Positions 1 to 13,396 of a stretch of 64,000 nt of DNA are shown here, piece after piece; position 1 is the first letter of the stretch; every line of letters begins with the position of its first letter. Source of the DNA: Ascidiella aspersa (Eukaryota); assembly GCA_963924565.1 (NCBI GenBank), contig OZ004609.1, positions 20,770,001 through 20,834,000 of the forward strand, given 5' to 3'. Both the position numbers and the translations under genes were made by a program. The notes beneath the pieces are model-generated. The model was not told the DNA's origin. It saw nothing but the letters and a program-made list of their open reading frames with translations, and ran no database searches.

Positions 1-732
1 AACAGCAGCACCCGACAAGGCGACAACCCAACTTATACCATTCATATACAATGTGAAACCCTAAGTGCCTTACTTGTTAAAACACAACAATCCACTCTGG
101 AAAATATTCTACGCAAACCGGCAAGTTTTATTCTACGCAAACCAGCAAGGTAACAAACCAAACGTGCAACCCGAAAAGCTTCTGCTTCAAGAAAGGAAGG
201 ATTTCGTCACTTTTTTGTTTGAAGTTGTAATAACACGTCAGGTTTTAAAACTGTTTTTACTTAACATAGATAAAAACGTGTGCTATACAAGCGGTTCAAT
301 ATTTAGTTTATACCTAAAAAAATTAAAGATTATTAAAAGGTTGTCTGCATCAGTTCTAAATTCTTTCAAAAAATCATAAAAAATAACATAAAACTATGAT
401 CTTTACAAAACTTTTAACTACAAATATAGTATTTTTTATACAGATAGTTGAACATAGTTTTGTTTAATTTAAAATGTATTTTTGTGGGTTGACACCAAAA
501 CATTTTGATACCGTCAATATTTAACCTAAAAACACTAATAATAATTATTACTATCAACGAGTTTGAAGAACACATCTTGTGATGAATATATGTGGTAAGT
601 CAAGTGGAAAACAATAACAAATTAAACACGTGCTTACTGTGGCATACTGAACTGAACTGATTTATTTTCACTAATTTAAGTCGGCGACTTTAGCCTAAGG
701 TCGCACGACATCTTTCAGCCCTTGGACGCTCA

Positions 733-3700
733 ATGGCTGTGAACAGTGATACCGGAATCCTATTTTGGCTGAAAGTGTTGGATGACAAACAGTTTGATGA
801 CAATGTAGTCTTGGATTGTTTGCTAAAATTGAACGAGGTAATAGTTCGTTTTATTTAGTGTGCTCTATTGTAAATTATTTGTGATGTGAACGTTTTTGTC
901 TGAAAAACGAATAAAACTTAGTTAGCTCTTGTATTGCCCAATAACTAAAGGCCCCCAATCCGAAATGCTTTCTCTACTTTATATATATTTTTTGATGAAA
1001 TTTTACACCAAGTGCAATATGTACTTCCGAACAGGGTTGCAAGTCTGGTTTTTTGACGACTCTTTTTTACCATGGTTGGTGTTGGAAAATTTAGTTGACT
1101 TTTGGCCTTTTTCCTGCTTTTTTGTAAAGGCTTGCTGAAACTGATTAAATTGCATACCTTTATAGTTCTAAAACTTTTGTTTTAAGATCTATGAGCCCTA
1201 CCTTGCAAGACTTAAAATAATAAATCTTTACCTCAGGTCTCAAGGCCGCAGTGTTTCTCAACCAATGGGAGCAATACAAAGAAAATACTTAATTTTGAAT
1301 ATTTATATTTATATTTGAAAATATATTTATTTTTTTGTTTGCTTATACAGTTCAGTTTAGTAGACTAAGTTACCTAAGCGCCGCTTTATTACTTTTGGGT
1401 GGCATCCCAAAAAAGGTTCAGAAACAACGCTTTAGGTTGAGCCCACCTATCAAACCTAAGTATTTTTCAATAGAAAGCTTGACAATTACAAAGAGCAATG
1501 ACATGTTCAGCCTAAAAATCCCAGGAACACTGAGTTTTTTCAAAGATAAAAATTTCTATTTAGGTTGATATCTTGTGAAGCACAATGTGGGCATGTTTTG
1601 TTTCTCATGTTACCACACCAGTTTGAACCTTAATTGTTATTTATTTATCATACAAATCAACCTATATTGTTATTTTTCCTTTTATGTGTTTTGAATATAA
1701 AAAAAAATTTCAATTTAATGTTTTACTTTGGCTTTTTTCTTTCACGGTTCAAAATTTTTAATTGGTAACTCTGCCTTTAAAAAGAGCGATGTTTAATGCC
1801 AAATGATGCCACTAGCGTCCAGGTTGCAATAATGCTGGCCTAGTAAATTTTTAAAGTATATAGTTCATCCTATTCAGGCGTAGGATTCCAGTAAAAACAT
1901 TTTGGCGCAAATCTTTAGCAACCACAAGTTATGTAATACAGTCGGGACTAGCATGGTTTGGGGCAGCAATCCATACCAATGATCTTAGGTGGGAGAGTAC
2001 TGCCATTCTACATTCTGTGGCAGGTGCGCTTTCGAATTTTTTTTCTAAATAATCTTGTGTGCACACCACAATTATTCCAAAGCAACTTATTCTTTTGTAG
2101 AAAGGTTGAGTTATGGTAATATTTCTAAAAGCAGGTGTGCAATAAAAAAGGTTGATATTGCACTGCACACCAAGATCTCGGTGTAAAATGTCATTAAATA
2201 CATAATGGAGTCACTAGAATGCAATTGGGCTACAGGCATATTTTTTCCTAATGTATTCTAATTTTTACCAGTGACATTATTAAACCATAAAATGTAAATC
2301 TTAAGTCTTGGTTTTAGGTTTTTTAAAGAATTTATGTTTGGTGTATGGTTGACGACACTGATGACAAAATTTTTTTAACCAGCAACTTTAAAGTATATAC
2401 AGTCATGCTCAAAGCGGGGTTAGCTGTTGTCCTTTTGAACATAATTTGCATTGTATTTTTCTCTTTTCTGAAAAAAATAATCTTTATTTTAAAAAAAATT
2501 GTCTTTAATTACTGTATTATTGTTTTATTTTTTTATAAATATTAATAATTAGTTTATATGTATATGTATTTGTAGAGAAATATTAGACTTGTTTTGAAAT
2601 TTATTCTAAAGAAAAATTATAATACAAATTTTATTAATCTTTAGTGTTATATTACTTTAGATAAAAATCCTACACCGCCAATTGCAAGAGGATGTTACTG
2701 TTATTTTGCAATCAATGGTCAGCAATGCAAGTGCTTCCTGCATAACCAGCCCTTATTTGAAAGATTTAATGATAAACCTCAGCGCAAAAGTTGATCCAGA
2801 TCTTCTGTTTTTAATGTTTGTCAAACTCTTTACTGATGTAAGGTATGTACCAATGATTTTTTGCCAAATCTACAATTAACAGTATGAGCTCAATTCAAGT
2901 TTAAACTTCATTTTTGGTTTGAGCTTAACAATTTCATGTATTATTTTGGTAGAGGGGAATTTAGCCTGGCATGTTTAATATCGATCATGGAAAAACAGTT
3001 TCATCAACATGTATTTCAGCAACTTTTGGTTCAGGAAAGTTGTAAATCCCAACTTCCAAGAACTCTTCAAAATAAGCTGATCCATTTAATTGCTGCCTTT
3101 CCTGAACATATAGCAAACAAAGAGAAGTCTGTGGAAAGGTATATATATATAATGCAGGGCGATATAAGTTATTTAAAAAATAAAATATATTATAGGAGAG
3201 CCCATGTTGTTTTCTATATCTGTGACCAATTAATGTAGTTTAGTAATATGTTGAGTCAACTATGTAAACTCCATAGAAAATCTAAAAAATTCTTGACAGG
3301 TCATCAATTTTTTACTATGAGAATTTCTTTGTGTTTCTTGGTATTGAAGTTGCAGAGAGTCTTATCTGCTTGAAAACAAAATTGACTAATGGGCACAGCA
3401 TTCAAACAGAATTTCTTGGATTATGCATTGGCCAATTTTGTTTTACAGGAAAATCAGGTTATGCAAAATGTTCATAGAATATGTTCTGTGGGTTTTACAT
3501 TCAACTTACTACTTTATTGCAACTGTTACAGATTTATTCTTCAAAGCTTTACTTCCTTTTCTCATATATCGTACCAACCAAGACTTTGCATTGCAAAGGA
3601 TTTTGCATCAAATGTTTGTTAATATTCCTGACAGGTGTATGGAGTCTGTGTTAAGTTTTTTGTTTCGTAACACCCCTCAAATGTAAGTTTGCTACAGGTA

Positions 3701-6700
3701 TTACCTTGGTGAATTTCATGATTTTTCTTTTATGTAGTGATATATGAAATAGTAATGATGTGTGTTATATATAAATGTTATAATATAGTCGCTAAACACA
3801 TCAAATATATTCACACTCGTCATGAATATGTTTTGTTTATTCATATGACAAAATAATACTGATTTTTTTGTATGTAGGCATTGCCTTAATACAATTGTGG
3901 GAAATTTAATAGAAAAAAGCCAGAAAGGGATGTTTGTTTTGCAACATAAATTCCTTCTAATGAAGTTTTTTAAAGACAGTGCCATTGCTGAAAATATCTT
4001 CTCATATTTTAATTCATTAGATAGTGGAGAGCAAGTGATTGTGGAGGTATTCAATTTGAAATACTACATATGTATAGTTTTGGTAAGTGTATAACCAATA
4101 TTGATTTCTATTATTTGAACAGACATTGCAGAAAATGCTGGTAGCTTGGTGTAGCACAAGTTCAATTAAGCGAACATCTTATGAGCAACATAAGTATCTC
4201 AGTATAGCTATACTTGTCTGTATACGATACCTATCTCATTTAAATCAGCAACAGAAAGACGGTAAGAAATTTTAACTTGATTTCTACATCACAGTTAAAG
4301 TATTTTCTCTAATATTTTACTTCTAAAAGGAATGCTTCAGAGTTTAATGGAAGGCATGCAAAATCACCTCAGCTCGCCAGATGAGAGAATTAGGACCCTT
4401 GGAATGCTTGTCGGTGAAGCGTTAACCGATTCCCTGCATCTTCCCGTAAAGGAGGAGGCTAAGTGAGAGTAAACCTATCATAAAACTCCACTGAATGATA
4501 CTGAGAACTTTTCTATTAGAAGTAAATAAATAGCTTGTAGTCTAGGATTCTAGGCCAGTGATTCTCAACCTTTTTAGCTTACAAACCAGTAAAGTTTCAA
4601 AATGAATTTTGCGGACGGGGGGACCTTCAAAAATAAAAAATAAAATGTAAAACGACAATAGTATACAAGCACAGAATGGAAACTTCAATTTAATGAGCAA
4701 TTTGCTGTTCTTTTTTGATATCATACGTGTATATAGGCCTACGTAGTTCTATTGAATTTTTTCATAAACAATTGGTCTTAAAGTTTAAGAATTAACGAGT
4801 TGTAGCATACTTTAAACAGTTGGGCAAACCAGTTGTGGCATTATGGAGTACGAAGTCCGAAGTAGACCATTAACTCTATGTAACGCCACAATGCTGCAAA
4901 TTACCGAACTAGCAAAGTTCTAAATTTCATGAACAAGCCTTCAAAATGATGCATTTTCCACTTGAGATATAAAATTTTATTATATTTGGCGGACCGGCAG
5001 GAAAGTTGATGCGGACCGGCGGTTGAGAACCACTGCTCTAGTCAATACAAAGTTGTTTTCATAAAGGCTTAAGTTTGACTACATTCAAACTGAAGAGACA
5101 ACACGCCTACTGCAGCTTTCAACTCCTCTGGAGAAGCCTACTAAATCGTTTTATGCAGAGCAGAACAGTAAATATTGGTAAGATGCAAACCTTTTTGTAT
5201 AGGTAAACTTCTACCTTTTTGCAAACCTTCTACCAAACATAAATCAAATATTAGTTAAGTTTATGATGATTCATTTACGATTTTATTAATAACTGTTAAG
5301 GAGAAAAAACTACCGCCTAGTTAATTTTAGAACCAGAACTTCATAAACAGAAAATCCTACAATGTCCCTTTATTGTGTGTCCTTTAGAACGCATTAGGAA
5401 ACCATTTCTCGTAACTTTTTATCCTGATTATTATTTTAGCAAGATCAGAGAACAGTTCAACTCTTCACGAGCTCTCAACACTGAAACCGCCTACACCACG
5501 CCAAAATCAACCTTCATGCAGGTAGCGGCATTGCAAAACATACGACTCTTGATAGACGACCACGAAAGTTCATCTCAACAAACTGAAGAAAAAGACGAAC
5601 AGACCGACAGTGACGATGACGATTTGGAGCCGTACCCGATGCCGGACGAAAGGCCCTTCTCTAAGGTACAACCCTCAGTGCAGCGCCACTCGAACTGTTC
5701 TGCAAAGTGCAAAATCATAACAAGTGTAGAAACATTTACTACTTTCTTGGACGTGTTTCATGATTATCATGAACACCAAAAATTATAAATAAAATAAAAT
5801 ATAAAAATAACGGCATGTATAGTTAAAAAATAATTAATCCCTGATATTTAAAATCGTTAAATGTATGATGTCAATAATTTAATTGTTTTGTTCAACTTTA
5901 ATGTTTTACATAGGTATAAAACAAACGATCCGGGCGCTTTTTCTTTTTTGTATGACTTTCCGATCTCATTGGTTCATATTTGACTCTATAAATAGTCGCC
6001 CACATCGCGAACCACTGTCCTAATATATACATAAACAGTTAAACACGCATGGTTTACATAATGGCCCGTCTGGGTCACAAGTAGTCGCTTCGTTTTTTCC
6101 TCATAAAAAATTTCAGTCAGACAAAAAGGAGTTTTAAAGAGACAATGTGTACTACACACAAGAGAATGCATTTGCCCAAACATGTACAATTACATATACA
6201 GATTTCAGCCCCTCTCTACATCCGTGACTGCATGGAAGGACTGGTGAGCAGCGACAGTCGCGAGAAGACCGATATCTACCTCGGCAGCTTGCTGCGCCTT
6301 ATTCAGTCGGACCCTGTTGTTTCCCGTGAGGTGCCGCTCGCCCTACTTTTCTATATATTTGTAATGACTAAGGTTCTGGTTTATTTTGTAGATAAACTTT
6401 ATTTCGCTTTGAAAAGTTAAGCTATATAATTTGTAACACATGTTTCGTGTAACGTGCCGAAGCCGAGTATTTATTGGAACCATTTCAAACAAGCATTGCT
6501 TTTTTACAAAACAGTGAGCTTAAAAGTTTTCACTTCGCAACTTTTGAAAAAATAGTGTCAACCAGCTAACCAAGCGCTTTTTTTACAAAAGTAGCTACGG
6601 CCTACGAAAGTAATTTTGCAATGATTTGGTTTAAAAGAGTTTTAAACAGTTACGCCAAAAGACTTCTCACATATTGTTCAAAGTAAAAAAGTTTAGCTTG

Positions 6701-9700
6701 ATTAACGCAAATATCTAATTCGATTTTTACAGTCACTTTACTAAATAATATGACTTTAGTTTCTTCGTAAAATTATTTGATTTGGCTTTTCTCGTTCCCA
6801 ATACTCTACAATAAAACGCTCACTGTTAAGGATAGGATTCGTTGTTTTCTGTTAGAAGGGAAAGGTTACATGGTATTCGACTGTTGTCACGAAAAAAGTT
6901 AATCAAACTCTGTTTGTTTATTTAAATTTTAAAACGATATGCTAGGCGTTTTTGTTTGTGTTATTTGTTACTGTTCGTTTCTTATCGCCAGGTGGCGGTA
7001 GAGTTAAGCAAGATTCTGCTTAATATGCAAAACCAGTACGCGTTGGACGGCTTTGGACAAATAAGACGAAATGCACTCGCCGCTCTGGCAGCTCTAAATC
7101 CAGAGAAGGTAAATTTTAAGTGACAGTAAATAAAGTATTACGCAGTGAAGTTTGATCACTCAAAATGTAGGCTTCTGATGTGTTTCGTGGTTGTGGCAAA
7201 ACTTTCTAAAAAATATTTTAATAAACGACGAAATGTAGTTAATAGTAGGGATGTTTAATAAATTATTTTTCTTCGAAGAAAAAAAAATTCCACAAGAGAT
7301 AAACCGCGTATTCAAACTGGTAACGTTGTTTTTGTAGTCTTCCAGGAAACATAAAACGTCGATGTTATTGTAAATTAAACAATAATGTTGTTTAGTCACC
7401 CTCCATTAAAGTCCAGTAAAAATCGTTGCTTAGCAAACCAGTCAAATTCACAGACTTAAAAAATTTAATTTTAGTTTTATAACTGATCAATTTGTTCAGC
7501 TTCGAGTAATATTTCACCATGTTGATCCCTATCATACACATTTCTTTCCTAGTAAAGCAAATTTTCATTTCACATCGTCATTTTTTTCATAGGTGGCCGA
7601 GTACTTGACAGGGGAGTTCTACAGCGAGCATTACAACTTGCAGCAGCGAATCGACATGCTCGATGTAATGGTGATGGCGGCAGGACGACTCTCTGCCTTC
7701 GATTCAACCGACAAACCCAAACAGATTGAAGAGGTATTTGATTTAGGGCGTTTTTTTCGCGAATATGTATTCTCGCTTTTAATCTACGTTTTATATATTT
7801 TGTTTGATTTGTATATTGTCTTTTCGATTAGTTTATTGTCTTTAGACTAATTTAAAACCAGCGAAGTACTGTACATATAGGATGCCAGTATTTTACATAT
7901 TTTGGGAAAACTCAACCGCATTCACAAAATAGTAATCCATTAGAATCTTTAACTTTGTTTTGTCTTCAAGGTATAAAGCACTCGAAGTAAGAAAAAAAAA
8001 TTTAACACTTAGCGCTTGAAGTGATAAACCTACTTAGTTATATCTAAACATAGCAGGTCAACACTGTAATAAATCAGTTTAAATTTAAGGTTTTAAAAAG
8101 CGTGACATATTTGATTGTTAAATAACCTACAATATAAAACGACGAAACCACCAAGATCACGTAAGATATTCCTAAAAGCAATAAGTTTGTCGACAAATAT
8201 TTTTAGTATATGTACCTTGCCTGGCGATTTCACTCTTGGTCTAATCTCGAATAACTAATAAACCTACATCTTTGCTAAACTCTGTCAGATAAGCGGACCG
8301 TCTTCAGACAACAATCCACAAGTGTCGCAGTCTAAAGAACAACAGCTGCCATGGCAACAGGTGGTCGCGGACAGGATAGAAGCAAAAACGAGGCGTTTTG
8401 GAAAGGTGAACCTTCCTTGTTCAAGGAAACGTTGGTTTTTTAACTTTTTCTCGCTCCCCCAGATTTTGTATAATGGATAAAATTTGCATATTCAACAACT
8501 TTTTCGTCATCTTTTTTTTATTTTATTTTATTTTTGTAATCCTTGGAACACAAAATTATCTAGGTTTAGAAATGCGAAAAACAAATTACGATTCCTACTT
8601 GTTCCCGCATTACAATGTCTTTGATGTAGTAAAACGATTTGACTTGCTTCCTGTGTGCAATTAAATATAAAGATAAAATAAATATACTTTAGACTTTCCG
8701 GTCAAAGTCAGTCATTCATGAGTTTTAGTCTTTAAAATAGAATTCTATTTGAATAAGAGACTGGTGACGCAATGTTTTGGTGAAATATATTTCTCTCTTA
8801 AAGACAAGACTTATGAATGACTAACTTTGACTAAGGTCGGAAAGTCTAAGTATATTTGCTCCCATTTGAAACCATTGTCGTCATTTACGTGTATGGGCGA
8901 GGAGATATCTTCCTATTTTACACATTCAGTTTGTCAAAGATAAAATATTTTTCGGTTGAGAAATGTCAATGGTTTGGATATTTAAAAAGCTGAATAGAAA
9001 CTGCAGTACAGTGTTACCGCTAAGCGCACTCAAGTTTGGGAACTTGCGCACTTTTTTCACAGAAGTGCACAAGTAAAAAATAAATGTTTTTTTATAAATT
9101 TTGATCTCAGTTGTCTCCCGGAGTCTACACGATCACTATTACAAAAGGATTATTAAATTTAATACCTTCATTATCCCGTGTATACCACCAAAGTTTCCAA
9201 AAATTACCCAAACAAGTTATATTCAAACTACGTGCGAATAATAGAGTGCCTAAATTATAATTAATTTTAGCTACGTATACTAACCAAAAGTGCCAAACTT
9301 AGTATTTTCAAATTAGGAAAAAAGTGAAAATACCTTGATTCGAGCTATACGTACTAATGACGTACTAATAAAAGTGCTCAAATTAGTTGTATTCGTTCGC
9401 GCACCGATTTTCGGTTCATGCGCAAACTTGGAATAACTGGATACGTTTAAAAAAAATATATATATATTGGTTTCTATACATTTCAGCCAAGACAACCAGC
9501 ACCTGAAACGAGACCCGTCCGGTTTGGACCGGTTTCAGGCTGTTTCTTTTATCCGCTCATGGCTGGTTATGACCGTAGGATCAAAACACTAGACCTGCTA
9601 GGCACAGATTCTATCGTATTGGGAAGGCTGCTCTACACACTTGGAACAATTTTATATTCATCTATTGGCGCCACGGTTAGTAATTATAGTTTCAGAGTTT

Positions 9701-10272
9701 TTAGTTTTTCGCGCTAAAGAAGTATTTATTGACGGGTAGGTTTGAGGACACAGTAACCGAAAAATTCGAACTTCCAAAATTGGCTAATTTATACTTAGCA
9801 CCTAGATCAGCAATCTAAAAATTTCTAAGACACTTCTTGAAAACAAGCGCAGGTCTTAGAAATAGGCATGGAATTATGACCGCCCACCAACTGCATGTTT
9901 TTTGCGACTCAATCCGTTACGTCAAAATTGTATGAATCGACATGAGTTACAGTTACAGAGCAATGTATATTTTCAAACCAACAGAATGCCGAGGCGATGT
10001 GTTCGTCCTTGCTCGATTTTGTGACGTCACTACGACATCACGCTGAGCCGTTTGTTCGACGCGCGTGCGTCTACTGCGTGTCCATGGTAACGGCCACCAC
10101 GCCGCACCTCACCGACGGTCTGGCAGACGCTGCCCTGGAAGCTAGAGAATGGCTGTGTGACGTCATAGGCAACGATGACGACACGCAGACGCGCTCGATC
10201 GCCGCCAACACGTTGACCATGATGGACGTCAAAGCGCGAGGAGAGCTGCGATTGGCTAACTCCGTCACGTGA
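733..10272 (+). CDS. TELO2: Telomere length regulation protein TEL2 homolog (TTT complex, PIKK co-chaperone); 16 coding exons, about 846 aa
   Basis: Phase-consistent GT-AG exons: 733-837, 2661-2842, 2953-3138, 3300-3457, 3532-3682, 3878-4046, 4123-4261, 4330-4462, 5067-5177, 5440-5665, 6202-6330, 6992-7108, 7593-7733, 8289-8405, 9487-9675, 9985-10272 (2541 nt). Tel2 hallmarks: IRTLGMLVGEAL, the CK2/PIH1D1 motif DSDDDDLEPYPM, APLYIRDCMEGL, VAEYLTGEFYSEHYNLQQRIDMLD, WQQVVADRIEAKTRRF, FFYPLM...LDLLG...LGRLLYTLG, LRHHAEPFVRRA. Probable 5'UTR intron 595-718. Confidence 0.95.
1249..1429. mobile_element. Degenerate hAT-type MITE in TELO2 intron 1
   Basis: Left end CAGTGTTTCTCAACC; decayed right end GGTTCAGAAACAACG; no clean TSD. 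Confidence 0.4.
4556..5035. mobile_element. hAT (Charlie-like) MITE in a TELO2 intron
   Basis: 15-bp TIRs CAGTGATTCTCAACC / GGTTGAGAACCACTG (1 mismatch); 8-bp flanks TTCTAGGC / CTCTAGTC (6/8, NTCTAGNN hAT target). Confidence 0.8.
8680..8857. mobile_element. Foldback (long-TIR) MITE in a TELO2 intron
   Basis: Imperfect inverted arms AATATACTTTAGACTTTCCG-GTCAAAGTCAGTCATTCATGAG and CTTATGAATGACTAACTTTGAC-TAAGGT-CGGAAAGTCTAAGTATATT with TA-rich ends. Confidence 0.7.
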
Positions 10273-13200
10273 CACGAAGAGTTGTAACTATTGTGAAAGA
10301 TAATAGTCATCGATTGTGCAAGCAAACGTTGCACCTCGATCGCGATTTTAGTTTGCTAATCTCCTTTTGTGACAAATTCATAAAACAGCGTCCTATATTT
10401 AGTTTTTTTCTGAAAAACATCGGTTAACCATGGTTCTTTGCAATATTATTAGTGTAAAAGTTTCGCTGGATTGGAATTAAATGTTCTAAAACCGTTTTGA
10501 TTTGTTCGTAAAAAAATGCTTATCGTATTGGAACATTTGTTGGGATTTTGATTTAAAAACGAAAAAGCTTACGAAAATATGCGTAACGCAAGGTTTATTG
10601 ATTTTTTTTTTCTATTCGAAGCTCCCAAAACACTGGGTTAAAACTATTTTATGTTATATTCAACAACTTTAAAAAAAACAGTTTGTAAACAGCAAAGGTG
10701 TGCAACATTCAACATTCGACCCGCGTGACACGACACTTATACTTATAGCCCGGAAACCATTTGTAAAATGTCACTTCAACCAGTTTGTCGTATGCTATTG
10801 TTTCTGGGATCATCGGCGATTGACTCCGAATTGCGTCACACCTTTAGTATCCCTGGTCGCACTCTGTTTACTCTACTCCGACTATTCCCATCGTTACGGC
10901 ATAACGTGCATTTACCTTTTTGTGATAAAATAAATTATGTTTTGTTACTCAAAATGAAAAACTTGCTGATTAAAGTGATACTGACATCCTTAAAGTTTAT
11001 TTATACTTTGTTTGTTGTGTGCTATGGAGTGGAGTGCAGGGGCCAAACAAACGATACCTTTTGCTATTGGCTTTGTGCTACTCATAAAGTTTACCGTTGA
11101 AGATGATTGTCACGAAATTTGTTCCTTAGAAACCTACAGTTTTTCTATAAAGCAGGTTTCTCAACCTTTTTTTCGCGGCGAATCTAATCCTAAGCGTAAG
11201 TTTTACAGCCAAGCTTCGGCGATCCTATTTTCTTCTGTGAACTTTTTACAAGCCAACAAAACGTGATCTCGGCGTAAATAATTTCGAATTTAATCATTAC
11301 GAGCCATTTATTCGTCTTTCTTTCGCAATTTTCTCAAATTTGAAAAAATCTTGCTCTAACCAATCTCAATACACCCAACCATTTTAACTATTGCCATGGG
11401 CGACGCGACAAAGGATGTATAAAGTGGTAAATCGGATCCCTTGGTTCATATCCAAATTGGATTCGAATACAATTCTGTCGTTAAAATCGGATAATTGAAA
11501 CCGCTCTAATTTATTATTTGTTTTACCGTGGATAGTTACGTCTAATTGAACATATGCGATGGGCAAGTTTTGGATAAACGCCTGTCGCTATGGCGACACC
11601 CTTTAGTACTGGCTTTAAATGCAGCACTGTAGAGCGGCGTCAGCGTTTTTTTTTTCGGCGACCAATTACTTTGTAATAGCCTTCGCCTAAGCATCAAGTG
11701 TCGAATAACTGTTAGGCAAGCGACTAACGGACGCAGAATTCGCAATTTCCTAAAATTCGTCGCAATAGTAACATTTCATCGTAAAACGTGTAGCCTTGTC
11801 AAAAAACTTTAGGCCAATATTCAGCGAATTTACGCAAAACGTAATTGTCCGATCTTGCTAGCGCATTACTGGCATTAGTAACTTTGTATTATTTGCCTGC
11901 ACAACAGATTACATTTGTAGTAAAGTAGAACTAAAACAGAACAATGTTTCGAAAAACGAACTGAATTGCTAAGGGTTTACTGTGTTGCATAGTACCCACT
12001 TTATGTGAAAAATTAGGTTTTGGAAGCAACCTGGTTGTTGCATCAAGATTTATGTTGTTTTATGCAGTTATGCTTTACAGTTTACACAATCGCTTCAAAT
12101 TGCAGTTCTTTATAATGTTAACATTTTTTTATTATTTTGGCTCGCATTGAAACTGTTCCACGTACCTGGCCTACAGCAAGCTTTATGCTGTCGTGGCGGT
12201 ATTTAGTGAAGGTCGAATTTTTTTTATGGAAAGTCGTGTTACCTTTGGGTAAATATTCTGTTTTACTTGTTGCTTAATATACAAATTCCAAGAATTATAA
12301 ACGAATTATACTCGAATTTTTTATTCTTTGGTAAATTGAAAGCAAAAAAATAAGCAAAAAATAAATTGGATTTGAGCTGAAATCTTGTTGACTGATTTTA
12401 TTTCGATTGCGTTGTTTGCTTGATCGATATTGTGGTATACGTACAGCTACACCAAGAGAAACTAGTCGAAATGGAAACATAAGAATAGGTCTGTTTTTTG
12501 ATTAACGAACAGACTAGTGAAAGGCCCTTGGGGTGTTGGACTACTTACCTACGACACTGTTATGCAGACGCAATAGTAACGAAAACTTTTTAATTTTTAT
12601 CAGATGTAAATTCGTGAGTGTGCCTATACGTTGCGTATTATAACTTCGTATGCAATTTCTCGTAAAATCTTGTGTTGATTGGATTTTGCCTCTGATAATG
12701 TGACTCTACGCCTATAGTTATTCACAACAGCGTATATGGAGAGCTATTGTCATCATAACTTGCTTTCCAAAAACAAACAATTTATTATTATAGAACAGTT
12801 TCCTGAACCGACGCCACAAACGGCTGGTGTATTGTATTAATGTGTTACTCACGATCGAGTTCCAGTTTTAGTCAGGCACTGGGCCTTTTATATTTATTGC
12901 CTTTAGAATGACGTTTCCGATGCGGCCGGCCACGAGTCTCTACTTAGTGGTGAGCAGTATAAGGTTATCTTTTGTCGATGATTTGTAGGTAAGCTGTCTC
13001 ATCCATGTCCTTAACCTCGTCTTTCTTGTTATATTGTTTAGCCGTTTATGCGACATTGTATAAAGTAAATGTTACAAAGTGAAAAGCGATTATTTTTAAA
13101 TACATATATCGTAGCAGATCTTGTCAAACAGATTTCTGTATTTGTTTAGCTACTTGAGGAGTCTAGGCACGAACTGAATATCTATTATTATTTGCAAAGT

Positions 13201-13396
13201 GTCACCGAATGTCACAAAGCTGCTTAATCAAAGACCGCTGCGAGAAAAATAAAACCCATTCCGCAATTCATTGGAAATCTTTAGTGTCGCATCGCATGGT
13301 TAGCTGTTAAAAGCGCACGTTATAAAAAGCTATTATTGTGCTTGGTTTGACAGAGACTGTTTATAAGCAGGTGGAATGTAAAGTGGAAACTAGGAA

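Noticed and set aside
1-45. Minus-strand MNGISWVVALSGAAV, a possible signal-peptide start of a gene divergent from TELO2
   Set aside because: Only 15 codons visible at the window edge; cannot be supported.
1878-2023. Exon-like segment (AG...GT, one open frame) in TELO2 intron 1
   Set aside because: Phase incompatible with exon 1, and TELO2 aligns without a gap across exons 1-2.
13373-13393. TGGAATGTAAAG, matching the first 12 nt of miR-1
   Set aside because: 3' half diverges and there is no precursor hairpin.
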